Part shown: positions 16,472 to 25,950 of the stretch, in pieces
How the letters are laid out: each line of letters begins with the position of its first letter
Position numbering within the stretch: the first letter of the stretch is position 1
Assembly (NCBI GenBank): GCA_021731695.1
Contig: JAKFWZ010000070.1
Span: 1 to 61,794 of the forward strand
Reading direction: 5' to 3'
Source of the DNA: Candidatus Daviesbacteria bacterium
GTDB lineage: Bacteria; Patescibacteriota; Microgenomatia; Daviesbacterales; UBA10151
DNA length: 61,794 nt
Program-made: the position numbers and the translations under genes
Notes under the pieces: generated by a model
Databases searched by the model: none
Told to the model about the DNA's origin: nothing
What the model saw: the letters and a program-made list of their open reading frames with translations, nothing else

Positions 16472-17674
16472 ATGATAAATAAAAGAATTGCATCAGCAGT
16501 CGCTACAGGAGCTATATTACTTAACTCTTTCGTAACTCCTGCTTTTGCAGCAACCGAAATCACTCTTTCAGGAAATGGTTCCAAGTCTGACAATAACGCA
16601 AACATTGAACTTAAAAAATCAGCTACTGTTGTTCAAAACAACACTGCTAATGTTAAAAACAATGTTGATGTTAAAGCCAACACCGGAAACAATGAAGCTT
16701 CTGATAACACTGGTGGAGACGTAAAAGTTTCAACCGGAGATTCAGCAGTAGGAGTAGCAGTTAAAAACATGTTGAACACAAATTCAGCATCAATTGATTG
16801 TTGCACACAGGGTGATACAACATTAAAAATCGCTGGAAACGGTTCTCACTCCGACAACGACATCGATCTTGATCAAGAATCCAAAAATGGAATCTACCAG
16901 GACAATGACGCTGACGTAGAGAACAAAGTAGAAGTTGATGCTAAAACTGGCAACAACGAAGCTAACGACAACACAGGTGGTGAAGTCGAAGTAGAAACAG
17001 GCGATTCAGAAGTTAGCGTAGGTATTCTCAATTTCTTAAATTCAAACTTCGCGAAAATCGGAGGTGGAGATAATGAAGGAGGAGAATTAAGTCTCTGGAT
17101 TACCGGAAACGGTTCAGATTCAGATAACAAAATCGACGCTGACCTCGAAAGCGAAAACGTTGTTAAACAGAACAACTACGCTGACGTCTACAACAAAGTA
17201 GAAGTTGACGCAGAAACTGGAGACAACGAAGCTAATGACAACACAGGCGGACCAGTTTCAATAGAAACAGGAGACGCAGTAGTTGAATCGTTAGTCGCTA
17301 ACGTTGGTAACTTTAACTGGGCTGAACTTGGCTGTGATTGCTTGTTCGATGATTTGACAGCAAAAATAGACGGAAACGGTTCAGATTCAGATAACGAAAT
17401 CGACTTAGATCTCGAAAGCGGAAAAGATAATGGAGTATTCCAGGACAATGACGCTGACTTAGAGAACAAACTCGATTCATTAGATGCTAACACTGGAGAT
17501 AACGAAGCTGAAGATAACACAGCATATGATGGTAGCGATCCTCGGATCGAGACTGGAGATGCAGGAGTTGGAGCAGAAGTAGTTAACCAGTTTAACTCTA
17601 ATACAGCCGGAATTGGTGGAGATTTTGAATTCGAATTTGATTGGGATGAGATGTTAGGGTCAATTTTTGGCTAA
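16472..17674 (+). CDS. Secreted Asn/Asp/Gly-rich protein with four ~90-aa repeats (candidate major fibre subunit)
   Basis: Strong RBS gggggaggtga; signal peptide ending PAFA; repeats GNGSxSDN...QxNxAxVxN...TGxNEAxDNTGG...TGD. Confidence 0.85.
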   Translation: MINKRIASAVATGAILLNSFVTPAFAATEITLSGNGSKSDNNANIELKKSATVVQNNTANVKNNVDVKANTGNNEASDNTGGDVKVSTGDSAVGVAVKNMLNTNSASIDCCTQGDTTLKIAGNGSHSDNDIDLDQESKNGIYQDNDADVENKVEVDAKTGNNEANDNTGGEVEVETGDSEVSVGILNFLNSNFAKIGGGDNEGGELSLWITGNGSDSDNKIDADLESENVVKQNNYADVYNKVEVDAETGDNEANDNTGGPVSIETGDAVVESLVANVGNFNWAELGCDCLFDDLTAKIDGNGSDSDNEIDLDLESGKDNGVFQDNDADLENKLDSLDANTGDNEAEDNTAYDGSDPRIETGDAGVGAEVVNQFNSNTAGIGGDFEFEFDWDEMLGSIFG

Positions 17675-17683
17675 ATCCTAACG

Positions 17684-17729
17684 AATTTCGGGGGTCTAAG
17701 CTTGCACTTCAGCAAGATCCCCGAAGTTC
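17684..17729 (+). terminator. Hairpin (terminator or processing/stabilising stem) between repeat-protein genes 1 and 2
   Basis: ttcggggg...cccccgaa stem. Confidence 0.55.
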
Positions 17730-17737
17730 AGGATTGG

Positions 17738-17777
17738 AACGATTAACGATTAACGATTAACGATTAACGATTAACGA
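17738..17777. repeat. Heptamer microsatellite (aacgatt) x5.7
   Basis: Direct reading of the sequence. Confidence 0.95.
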
Positions 17778-17783
17778 AATTAT

Positions 17784-20180
17784 ATGAAAAAACTTAACAA
17801 AATATTAACAACAATAGTACTTTCAATCTTTGTCTTTGGACATATAGCACTTCCTGTATTGGCAGTTGATGCACCTTCCGCACCTTCAACGCCATCTGCA
17901 CCCTCTGCTCCAAGTGCACCTTCCGCACCTTCAACGCCATCTGCACCCTCTGCTCCATCGGTAAATAATAATAATGATGATGATAATAACCACGATGAAG
18001 ATAATAGTGATGATGACGAAGATAACAATGATTCGTCAAGCACGCCTGCACCAAGCTCAACACCTTCAAACTCACCCTCCTCTTCCCCTACTTCATCACC
18101 CTCAAGCGCTGCTTCATCATCACCCAGTCCAACACCTCTACCATCAGGAAATCAGACAGGTGCTCAAAATCAAACTGGAAACAGCGGAGATACAACAGTT
18201 AAGACAGGCGATGCTACAAATGCAGCAGGAGTGATGAATTCAGGAAATAACAATTTATCTGCCGGCCCCTCATCAACAAATGGCACAACTGTTGCTGACT
18301 CAGGGTCTTCATTAGGAGTTGTAAATTCAGGCAATGGAACCGGATCAAACAATAATGGCTCTCTTTCTTCTTCAGCTACGACAAACACAAATCAAAATAA
18401 CTCAGCTCAGGTTTCAAGTGATTTAAATCAATCTACAATTACCGGAAATAATCAAGCTAACGAGAATACCGGTGGAAATGTAAATGTTGCTACAGGAGAC
18501 GCAAACACCACAGGAACAGTTATTAATTCACTAAATACCAATGTCTCGGGAGTTGCAGTTGCTGAATTTAATGTCGAAGACGATCATGTTGGAGATATAG
18601 TTTTAGATTTTGCTTCAGGATGCATTTCAAATTGCGGACCGGGATCTGTCAATCTGGCTAATAACGGAAATGGTTCAGACTCAGATAATAATGCTTCCGC
18701 TGATATTAATAACACTAATACAACTTTCCAAAACAACGACGCTGATGTTGCCAATAATTTAACCTTAAACGCTGATACCGGAAATAATCAGGCAAATGAC
18801 AATACAGGCGGCGATACTACGATTAAAACAGGTGACGCAAACGTAGCTGCAAACGTCTTAACATTCGCTAATAACAACATCGCAGGTGCAAATGTTGTTT
18901 ACACGGTTGTTAATGTCTTTGGAGACTTAGTTGGAGACATCATTATGGATGAACAATATCTGACTGACGCTGGTGCATGCCCTACTTGCGCCGGAGGAAA
19001 TGTTAGCGCTTCAAACACAGGTAATGGTTCAGACTCAGATAATGATGTAAATGTAACTCAAATAAATACCGATGAAACATTCCAGACAAATGACGCCAAT
19101 ATTGAAAACAATTTAATAATAGATGCGCAGACTTCCGGAAACAGCGCTTCAGGAAACACAAACGGAGATAATGAGATTCAAACCGGAGATACTAATGTAG
19201 AGGCGCAGGTTATAAATGTTGCAAACAATAATGTTGAAGGTGGAGTCTGGTGGTTGGTATTAGTAAATGAGGCTGGAAATTGGGTTGGACATATTGTTGG
19301 CGGAGACGGAACAAATATGGCAGCTTCAGAAGGCACAGAATTAGTATTTGATGAAAATGGTGAAGTTATAGCTACAAATAACGGAAACGGTGCAGGATCG
19401 AATAATAATACTGATGTAAACCAAACTAACACTAATACAACTGTTCAAAACAACACTGCTAACGTTGTAAATAACGTCAACTTGTCTGCAAATACTGGTG
19501 GAAACACAGCAAATGACAACACAGGCGGAAACACCAGAATGGAAACAGGAGATGCAAATGTTGTTGCTAATATTGTTAACTTCGTTAATAACAATATAAC
19601 CGGGGGAGGCAAATTATTTGTCACTGTTATAAATGTCTTTGGCTCATGGGATGGAGACTTTGTAGGACCGGGTGAAAAGAAAGAAGAAGTTGCGCAAAAT
19701 AACAATCAAGGCGGCCAGGCTGCTGCAGATGATGAGGAACAGGCTAAAGAAGTCGCGGATAATGATCAGTCAGATGATGATAGCGATTCAACAGCGGGCA
19801 CAACTAAAAAGGTTAAAAAAGTTAAGAAAACTGCAGCTGCAGAGGAACAAAACCAAGCAGCAGGAACATCCAAATTATCAGATGGTGCAGAAACCGGAGC
19901 CGGAGGGATTGGGGCTTCCCTCTCACAAGTTGCCGGAGTTAAAATCGGACCTGATTTTACAGCTCCTGACGGGAGTTTAATTGGAAGTCAGAAAACAAAG
20001 GTTAACTTAGCATGGTTGGTATTGTTACTGCCATTATTATTACTGATTGCTTTATCCAGAGTCAGAATCGCTTACTACACCAGAAAAATTAAAAACAGAT
20101 TAGCAAACCAAAAAGGTGAAGGCGTACTGTTAGGATCATTGATAGCTGTTCTGATCTTTCTGCTCAACAGAGTTAGTTAA
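17784..20180 (+). CDS. Large secreted, membrane-anchored Asn-rich repeat protein (APS/Ser-rich N-terminus, several ~90-aa repeats, C-terminal TM)
   Basis: Signal peptide; 45-bp tandem duplication encoding APSAPSTPS; same repeat consensus; LAWLVLLLPLLLLIAL followed by a basic tail. Confidence 0.85.
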   Translation: MKKLNKILTTIVLSIFVFGHIALPVLAVDAPSAPSTPSAPSAPSAPSAPSTPSAPSAPSVNNNNDDDNNHDEDNSDDDEDNNDSSSTPAPSSTPSNSPSSSPTSSPSSAASSSPSPTPLPSGNQTGAQNQTGNSGDTTVKTGDATNAAGVMNSGNNNLSAGPSSTNGTTVADSGSSLGVVNSGNGTGSNNNGSLSSSATTNTNQNNSAQVSSDLNQSTITGNNQANENTGGNVNVATGDANTTGTVINSLNTNVSGVAVAEFNVEDDHVGDIVLDFASGCISNCGPGSVNLANNGNGSDSDNNASADINNTNTTFQNNDADVANNLTLNADTGNNQANDNTGGDTTIKTGDANVAANVLTFANNNIAGANVVYTVVNVFGDLVGDIIMDEQYLTDAGACPTCAGGNVSASNTGNGSDSDNDVNVTQINTDETFQTNDANIENNLIIDAQTSGNSASGNTNGDNEIQTGDTNVEAQVINVANNNVEGGVWWLVLVNEAGNWVGHIVGGDGTNMAASEGTELVFDENGEVIATNNGNGAGSNNNTDVNQTNTNTTVQNNTANVVNNVNLSANTGGNTANDNTGGNTRMETGDANVVANIVNFVNNNITGGGKLFVTVINVFGSWDGDFVGPGEKKEEVAQNNNQGGQAAADDEEQAKEVADNDQSDDDSDSTAGTTKKVKKVKKTAAAEEQNQAAGTSKLSDGAETGAGGIGASLSQVAGVKIGPDFTAPDGSLIGSQKTKVNLAWLVLLLPLLLLIALSRVRIAYYTRKIKNRLANQKGEGVLLGSLIAVLIFLLNRVS

Positions 20181-20200
20181 AAAGCCCACTGCCAATACAT

Positions 20201-21445
20201 ATGAATATCAAAGTTATATACCACGCGATAGCTGTGGTTTTACTGGTTCTGAACACAAGCTCAACAGTTTTTGCTGATGAGTATGTAGTCTCCGGAAATG
20301 GTGACGGCTCATCAAATTCAATAAATGTTTCGCAGCAAAGTTCAAATACTGTTTCTCAGGAGAATAATGCAGAAATTGAAAATAATATTGAATCTGAAGC
20401 GAGTACCGGCGGGAATGAAGCTAATGGTAATAATGGCGAAACTGAGGTTGAAACAGGAGATACTTCTTCCGATACAACAATTGTAAGTGAAGGAAATGTT
20501 AACGAGGCTTCTGTAGGCTGTTGCCCAGACGGAGGTAATGGTGCGCAAATTAGTGGTAATGGCACTGATTCTAATAATTCAGTGAATTACAATAACAATT
20601 CCTCTAATACAGTTAGCTCCATAAACAATGCTTCAATTAAAAACAATATTAAAATCACGGCTAATACAGGAGATAATGAAGCTTCGGATAATTCAGGGGG
20701 TGTACAGATTTCAACAGGAAATATAAAAATTAACGGCGTGATTGTAAACAAAGTTAATTATTCAAAGATAAAATTGGCAAATGAGGGTCCTGCACTTGAT
20801 ATATTAATTTCAGGTAATGGTTCAGGATCTGTTAATAATTCGACAACCAATATTAATTCAAATAATTATTTAAGCTCAAATAATAATTTTAATGTAATTA
20901 ATAATATTCTTAACTTTGCTAACACCGGAAATAATAAAGCAAACAATAATTTGGGGAATGTAAAAATTGCCGCAGGCAACATTACTTTGGATTTAATTAT
21001 CTTAAATCAGGCAAATATCAGCGAAATATTCGAAAACTGTGGCTGCGAAAAAGAAGAAACTCCTGTCCCGTCTCCCACTCCTGAGACTCCTAACACTCCG
21101 CCATCGGGTGGATGTTGCAGCTCCACATCAGGAGGCGGTGGTAATGGAGGTTCCAGTGGATCATCCGGCGGCGGTTCAAGTTCAGGTTCAAGTTCAGGTT
21201 CTGTTTTAGGTGCCTCTCTACCTGCAACAGGAGGCCTTTCTATCCTTTCTTTAACTATTTTAGCTTTACTTCTATTAATTTCTGGTGTAATCTTGCGGTT
21301 CTATGAGCCGATTAAGCAATTTCAGCCTCGAAAAATATACCGGGAATTTATTGATAATATCCGCTCTTTTGCTTTTGGAATTTATTTACTTTCCGATTTT
21401 ACGTTCATACGCACCGTCAAAACCCGCAACGTATCAATCTACTGA
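20201..21445 (+). CDS. Asn-rich repeat protein with LPATG sortase signal
   Basis: Signal peptide, about three repeats, P/T/S/G linker, LPATG + hydrophobic helix + positive residues. Confidence 0.85.
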   Translation: MNIKVIYHAIAVVLLVLNTSSTVFADEYVVSGNGDGSSNSINVSQQSSNTVSQENNAEIENNIESEASTGGNEANGNNGETEVETGDTSSDTTIVSEGNVNEASVGCCPDGGNGAQISGNGTDSNNSVNYNNNSSNTVSSINNASIKNNIKITANTGDNEASDNSGGVQISTGNIKINGVIVNKVNYSKIKLANEGPALDILISGNGSGSVNNSTTNINSNNYLSSNNNFNVINNILNFANTGNNKANNNLGNVKIAAGNITLDLIILNQANISEIFENCGCEKEETPVPSPTPETPNTPPSGGCCSSTSGGGGNGGSSGSSGGGSSSGSSSGSVLGASLPATGGLSILSLTILALLLLISGVILRFYEPIKQFQPRKIYREFIDNIRSFAFGIYLLSDFTFIRTVKTRNVSIY

Positions 21446-21863
21446 AAGTTTTATTAGCATTCCGAAAATTGGAGCGCTCTCCCCGCTTATTGATAATGTA
21501 AATCCATGGAATGAAGCGCAGTATCGGGAAGCTTTAAAACATGGTGTAGCAATTGCTTCGGGATTTGCAAAACCTGATCAAGACGGTGTTATCTATATCT
21601 TTGCACATTCCTCTGATTCCCCCTGGAACATCGGGAGTTATAATACAGTTTTCTTTAGATTAGGAGAGTTGAAATCAGGTGATGAAATAAATATTAATTA
21701 CGCAGGAAAAAATCGAAAATTCATTGTTGATCATTTTATAGAAGTCTGGCCAGATGAAGTTGAACAAGTTACTAAACAAAATGGAAATATCTTAATTATC
21801 CAAACTTGTACGCCAGCCGGTACATCTCTAAAAAGGCTTTTAGTGTTTGCTTTACCGACCTAG
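21303..21863 (+). CDS. Sortase
   Basis: N-terminal TM; catalytic triad in YIFAHSS, IQTCTP and KRLLV. Confidence 0.88.
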   Translation: MSRLSNFSLEKYTGNLLIISALLLLEFIYFPILRSYAPSKPATYQSTESFISIPKIGALSPLIDNVNPWNEAQYREALKHGVAIASGFAKPDQDGVIYIFAHSSDSPWNIGSYNTVFFRLGELKSGDEININYAGKNRKFIVDHFIEVWPDEVEQVTKQNGNILIIQTCTPAGTSLKRLLVFALPT

Positions 21864-22506
21864 GATGCTTTGTTACCTCCTCCGCCAGGTTGGGGCTCAA
21901 TAATTGAAGATTAGGTGAAAAAACTGGTAATGCAGGAATATTTCTTCTAAATAAAACCGGCAAGTTCGCTGGATCGAGATTCATCATGGTAAAGCCTTCC
22001 CAAATATCGGGATTCAAAAAAATTTGATCATCTTCATCCGTAAGTCTTACTTCATCTACGTGACGGCCTAATAGACGTCCTCGGTCGGTAGGGATCCCAA
22101 AAACTGTGTCGTTTGAGCAATTAAAAGAATAATTTTGAAGTTTATCGTGGTAGAATTCTCGGCTTGTGAAATAGTGACCAACAGCAGTAACCTTCTCGCG
22201 ATGCCTTTCTAAAAGTTTTCTTCCGGAAATCATAATTCCAAAGGTTAAGGGGACAGTTGTAAATCCATCAATACTGCGAGGTCCATTGTGCCAGGCTCCG
22301 GCATATCTTTCCGGCAGAGGAAGATCAGAGAGCAATGCCATACAAATTTGGTGGGGAGTAGAAGTTTCCTTTACGCGAACTCTTTCAGGAGTTGTAATTC
22401 CTTTTGAGAAATACGATCCCATATTCCTATAGAATGCTCCATGCGCTAAATTTCCCGGTGCAAAAACCTGTTCTCTCAGCGCATTTATTTCAGATTCAGT
22501 CGGCAT
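21796..22506 (-). CDS. Hypothetical protein (orphan)
   Basis: 236-aa ORF with TATAAT 8 nt upstream of ATG. Confidence 0.65.
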   Translation of the reverse strand: MPTESEINALREQVFAPGNLAHGAFYRNMGSYFSKGITTPERVRVKETSTPHQICMALLSDLPLPERYAGAWHNGPRSIDGFTTVPLTFGIMISGRKLLERHREKVTAVGHYFTSREFYHDKLQNYSFNCSNDTVFGIPTDRGRLLGRHVDEVRLTDEDDQIFLNPDIWEGFTMMNLDPANLPVLFRRNIPALPVFSPNLQLLSPNLAEEVTKHPRSVKQTLKAFLEMYRLAYKFG

Positions 22507-22610
22507 AGCGCAGAATTATACAGTAAAAAAGAGCCTCAGGCGATTCCCAAGGCTCTTTCATTTTGAAAACCATGCCTGCCGGCAGGTAAACTAAAAAATC
22601 ACTCTGTTCC

Positions 22611-23213
22611 TTATAGAGTAGGTCCAATTACATTCGCAGGGGATGTAACTTCAATCCCTACTTCTGAGGTAGCATCATTTGTCGTCACTGCTACTGTGCC
22701 GCCGGTATTATTTTTCGCTTTATTTTTACCAGTTTTAGCTTTAGAAGTTACAGTCGCTCCAATAGTTGTGCTATTGGTTTGATTCACTATCTTCTTCTTT
22801 TTGTTCTTAACAGTGGTCGTATTATCAGAGTCTGAACCATTTCCTGATATAGTCACATCTGTTGATGCAGGTGCACATCCGCAATCAGGTAATACTGCCG
22901 CGTTTGCAGAACCGGTCACAGAAACTCCAACAGTTGAAACTGCTTTGCCTGTATCTATTGATACATCGCCGCCGGTATTTCCACTGGCCTTATTACCTCC
23001 GGTATTGGCTTTAGACGAGATGCTTATGCCAATAGTTGTGTTATTGGTTTGATTGACAGTTGTATTGTCTTTGTTAACCACTGTTGCATCATTGTCTGAG
23101 CCTGCTCCGTTTCCGGAAATATCAACGTTTGTGTCAGCAAAGGCTGCCGGAGTTATTAGGCTTAAAATCAAAGCAGAACTGGCTGCAGCTGCTGCTATTC
23201 TTGTTTTTAACAT
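22611..23213 (-). CDS. Secreted two-repeat paralog of the Asn-rich repeat family
   Basis: RBS aaagggggtga; signal peptide ending PAAFA; two repeats joined by LPDCGC. Confidence 0.85.
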   Translation of the reverse strand: MLKTRIAAAAASSALILSLITPAAFADTNVDISGNGAGSDNDATVVNKDNTTVNQTNNTTIGISISSKANTGGNKASGNTGGDVSIDTGKAVSTVGVSVTGSANAAVLPDCGCAPASTDVTISGNGSDSDNTTTVKNKKKKIVNQTNSTTIGATVTSKAKTGKNKAKNNTGGTVAVTTNDATSEVGIEVTSPANVIGPTL

Positions 23214-23582
23214 TTATATTCACCCCCTTTCTTTGCCAGGGTAAAGGTTGAAGGGTAAAAGGGTGTAGATGCTGGTATGGAAGAAAGGTTTTGGGTTATA
23301 GTCCTAAACCCGAAACCCTAAACAATACCAACCTCCTTACCTTAAGACCATTGTCTTTATTCCTGGATACAAATGAGTTAGATGAAGAAATGTGGTTGGG
23401 CAGGTATTCATAATATTAACTCTTGGCTTTTCTTTAAAGCGCAACAGTTCCTGTAAAAACAGATTTAGCTTACAGGTTAAAATATACTAAAGGATGGGTG
23501 GTCGCTAAATCAATTCGGTCAAATTAGATATTAAATAGATAGAAGTGTGACAAGCAAATTTCTAATCATATTCTCAGAGGAT

Positions 23583-23639
23583 GTCATTACGAGGAACGAC
23601 CTGCCTGCCGGCAGGCAGGAGTGACGTAGTAATCTTGAT
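23583..23639. repeat. REP-like element containing the 20-bp palindrome cctgcctgccggcaggcagg
   Basis: Inverted copy of 25886-25942 (3 mismatches in 57). Confidence 0.85.
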
Positions 23640-23933
23640 TTAAACAATATCCGGATATAAGTCTTTAACTTTAGGGTTAAATTTCAAAATTATCTCTTCC
23701 TTTCTTTTTCTAGAGTAGTTTTTAATCTGTTTTTCTCTTTCAATTGCATTTTCTGGATCTTCAAAAGCTTCAAAATACACTAAATCATGAACTTTAAACT
23801 TTTTAGTAAAACTCTCATCCTCATTTTGTTTATGTTGCCAGACTCTTTTTATTAAGTTACTTGTTATCCCAGTATAAACAACAGTTCTGCTGTGATTGCT
23901 CAAAATGTAAACATAATACTGTTTACTGGACAT
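23640..23933 (-). CDS. GIY-YIG nuclease flanked by REP-like repeats
   Basis: YYVYIL...VVYTGITSNLIKRVWQHK...AIEREKQIK. Confidence 0.92.
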   Translation of the reverse strand: MSSKQYYVYILSNHSRTVVYTGITSNLIKRVWQHKQNEDESFTKKFKVHDLVYFEAFEDPENAIEREKQIKNYSRKRKEEIILKFNPKVKDLYPDIV

Positions 23934-23945
23934 TTATTAATTGTA

Positions 23946-23997
23946 ATCAAGATTGCGACGCTTCGAAAGTCGTTTAGACTTTCTCACTCGCAATGAC
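23946..23997. repeat. REP-like half element with nested aagtcgtttagactt hairpin
   Basis: atcaagattgc...ctcgcaatgac; the nested hairpin also occurs at ~10013. Confidence 0.75.
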
Positions 23998-24050
23998 AAC
24001 TTCAGATGTTTTAAAAAAATGCGGAAACGATAGGGTTGATTAGGTCACGT

Positions 24051-25316
24051 TTAATCAATTCTCTGAATATTAACACCTAGTCTTTTTAAATTCCCCACAA
24101 CGTTCCCGTATCCCCTCTCAATTAACTCAACTTTATTAATAACGGTTGTTCCTTTTGCAATAAGGCCGGCTAAAACTAAAGCCATCCCGGCCCTAATATC
24201 TGGTGTTCCGAGTTCTCTTGAATTTAGTTTTGAAGGGCCGGTGACAAAAACTCTGTGAGGATCAGCAATTACAATTTGAGCTCCCATTTGCATTAATTTA
24301 TCAACAAAAAACATTCTGGATTCATACATCCAGTCATGCAGCATTGTTGTGCCTTTAGCTTGTGTTGCCAGCATGATGCAAACACTCATTAAATCAGTAG
24401 GAAAACCGGGCCATGGGCGAACATGCACTCTTTCAACGGCTTTTAAATCCCCGACGATAACTTTAATTTTATTACCACTATATTTTTGAAGCTTTACGCC
24501 AAATTCTGCCAGAGGATATGAGATCGGTTCCAAATCATTTAAATCGCAATTAGTTAAAACTAAATTTCCCTGAGTGATAGCTGCGGCGATTGCGTAAGTT
24601 CCAATTTCAACGAAATCCTGTCCGATTCTAAATTCTGCACCATGCAGCTTAGCTTTGGCATTAATAATTAAAGTAGTTGAACCGACTCCTGAGATATCTG
24701 CGCCCATTTCTTTAAGTAAATTACAAAGATCCTGAACGTGAGGCTCCATTGCGCAATTTTTCAAAACTCTTTTGCCTTTACCTAAAACACATGCCAGCAA
24801 AAGATTTTCAGTAGCAGTAACCGATGGTTCTGTCAAAAAAATCTCTATATCTTCTTTTGGGTTTGTGGTTCTTCTTCCGGTATATTTTTTTTCTTCTTTT
24901 TCGATCTCGTAACCTAAAACCTTAAAGCCTTCAATATGAGTATCTATATTTCTTTTGCCGATAATGTCACCACCGGGGTGATAAAACTCTGCTTTGCCTT
25001 CTCTTGCTAAAAGCGGGCCTACTAAAAGAATAGAGGCACGAAGCCTTCCAACTAAATCCTGAGGTAATGAATTTAATATTACACTCCCCGCTTTAATTTT
25101 GATTTCGTTATCAACTGTCTCGCTAACCTCGGCGCCTAAACCTTTTAATATCTCGAGGAATACACGAACATCTGCAATTTGAGGACAATTGGTTAGGGTA
25201 ACTTCATCTTCTGTGAGTAAACACGCAGCCATGCAGGGTAAAACTGAATTCTTATTGCCGGAGATTTTAACTTCGCCTTTGAGTCTTGCACCACCTTCGA
25301 TTATATACTTTGCCAT
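24051..25316 (-). CDS. murA: UDP-N-acetylglucosamine 1-carboxyvinyltransferase
   Basis: SGNKNSVLP, LRASILLVGPLL, PGGDIIGKR (Asp at the Cys115 position), PGFPTD, DIRAG, RGY. Confidence 0.95.
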   Translation of the reverse strand: MAKYIIEGGARLKGEVKISGNKNSVLPCMAACLLTEDEVTLTNCPQIADVRVFLEILKGLGAEVSETVDNEIKIKAGSVILNSLPQDLVGRLRASILLVGPLLAREGKAEFYHPGGDIIGKRNIDTHIEGFKVLGYEIEKEEKKYTGRRTTNPKEDIEIFLTEPSVTATENLLLACVLGKGKRVLKNCAMEPHVQDLCNLLKEMGADISGVGSTTLIINAKAKLHGAEFRIGQDFVEIGTYAIAAAITQGNLVLTNCDLNDLEPISYPLAEFGVKLQKYSGNKIKVIVGDLKAVERVHVRPWPGFPTDLMSVCIMLATQAKGTTMLHDWMYESRMFFVDKLMQMGAQIVIADPHRVFVTGPSKLNSRELGTPDIRAGMALVLAGLIAKGTTVINKVELIERGYGNVVGNLKRLGVNIQRID

Positions 25317-25396
25317 GTATGTATATTACCAGTTAAAACATTTAATTGGCAAAGCGAAACTTGACTACTTAACATAACTCATCCATCATATATTTA

Positions 25397-25789
25397 ATGC
25401 TCTGGAAAATTTACGTCTGGTTGTTTGCCATAATTAATATTCTCTCGATCGCTTCGGTTTCTTTTGATTTTTCAGATACAATCACCATACTAAGTCTGAC
25501 TTTAAATCTTGGTCTTAATGTTGCTGTATTTTCCTATGCCTATAAAAAACATATCTTCTCAAAACTCATCCTAAATTGGATTTTTAAGTTAAATGTAGGA
25601 ATGTATGGCTTATTTATTCTATTTGAATTTTTGGCACTAATACAGGAAGTAATTGGAGCGGGAATAGATTTACCGACTTCAGGATTGGTTTCAGTTATCG
25701 CTTCAATTCCTAATTTACCTGCATTATATGCGACTTACAAAATGCTTCATCATAAAGAAGCGAGATCTAAAAAGAAGAAGAAATCTTGA
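25397..25789 (+). CDS. Integral membrane hypothetical protein
   Basis: About four hydrophobic segments and a basic C-terminus. Confidence 0.7.
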   Translation: MLWKIYVWLFAIINILSIASVSFDFSDTITILSLTLNLGLNVAVFSYAYKKHIFSKLILNWIFKLNVGMYGLFILFEFLALIQEVIGAGIDLPTSGLVSVIASIPNLPALYATYKMLHHKEARSKKKKKS

Positions 25790-25829
25790 CTTGAGCTCAT
25801 AAATCTGGGATAAAGAGATGTCTTGTGTT

Positions 25830-25942
25830 GTCATTCAGAGCCACGTTTAAGTAAACTAAACGTGGCGTAGGAATCCTGATTTTTCATCAAGATTGCCACG
25901 TCACTCCTGCCTGCCGGCAGGCAGGTCGTTCCTCGCAATGAC
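25830..25942. repeat. Full REP-like element with two nested palindromes
   Basis: gtcattc...gaatc / gattgc...cgcaatgac; nested ccacgttt..aaacgtgg and cctgcctgccggcaggcagg (25906-25925). Confidence 0.85.
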
Positions 25943-25950
25943 GAAATAAT

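Noticed and set aside
16894-20565. Antisense ORFs over the Asn-rich repeat genes (16894, 17188, 17780, 18170, 19178, 19445, 20356 and similar)
   Set aside because: Shadow ORFs produced by low-complexity codon bias on the opposite strand.
25790-25950. glmS ribozyme upstream of glmS
   Set aside because: The interval is filled by a REP-like element with nested palindromes, and no glmS ribozyme core sequence is visible.
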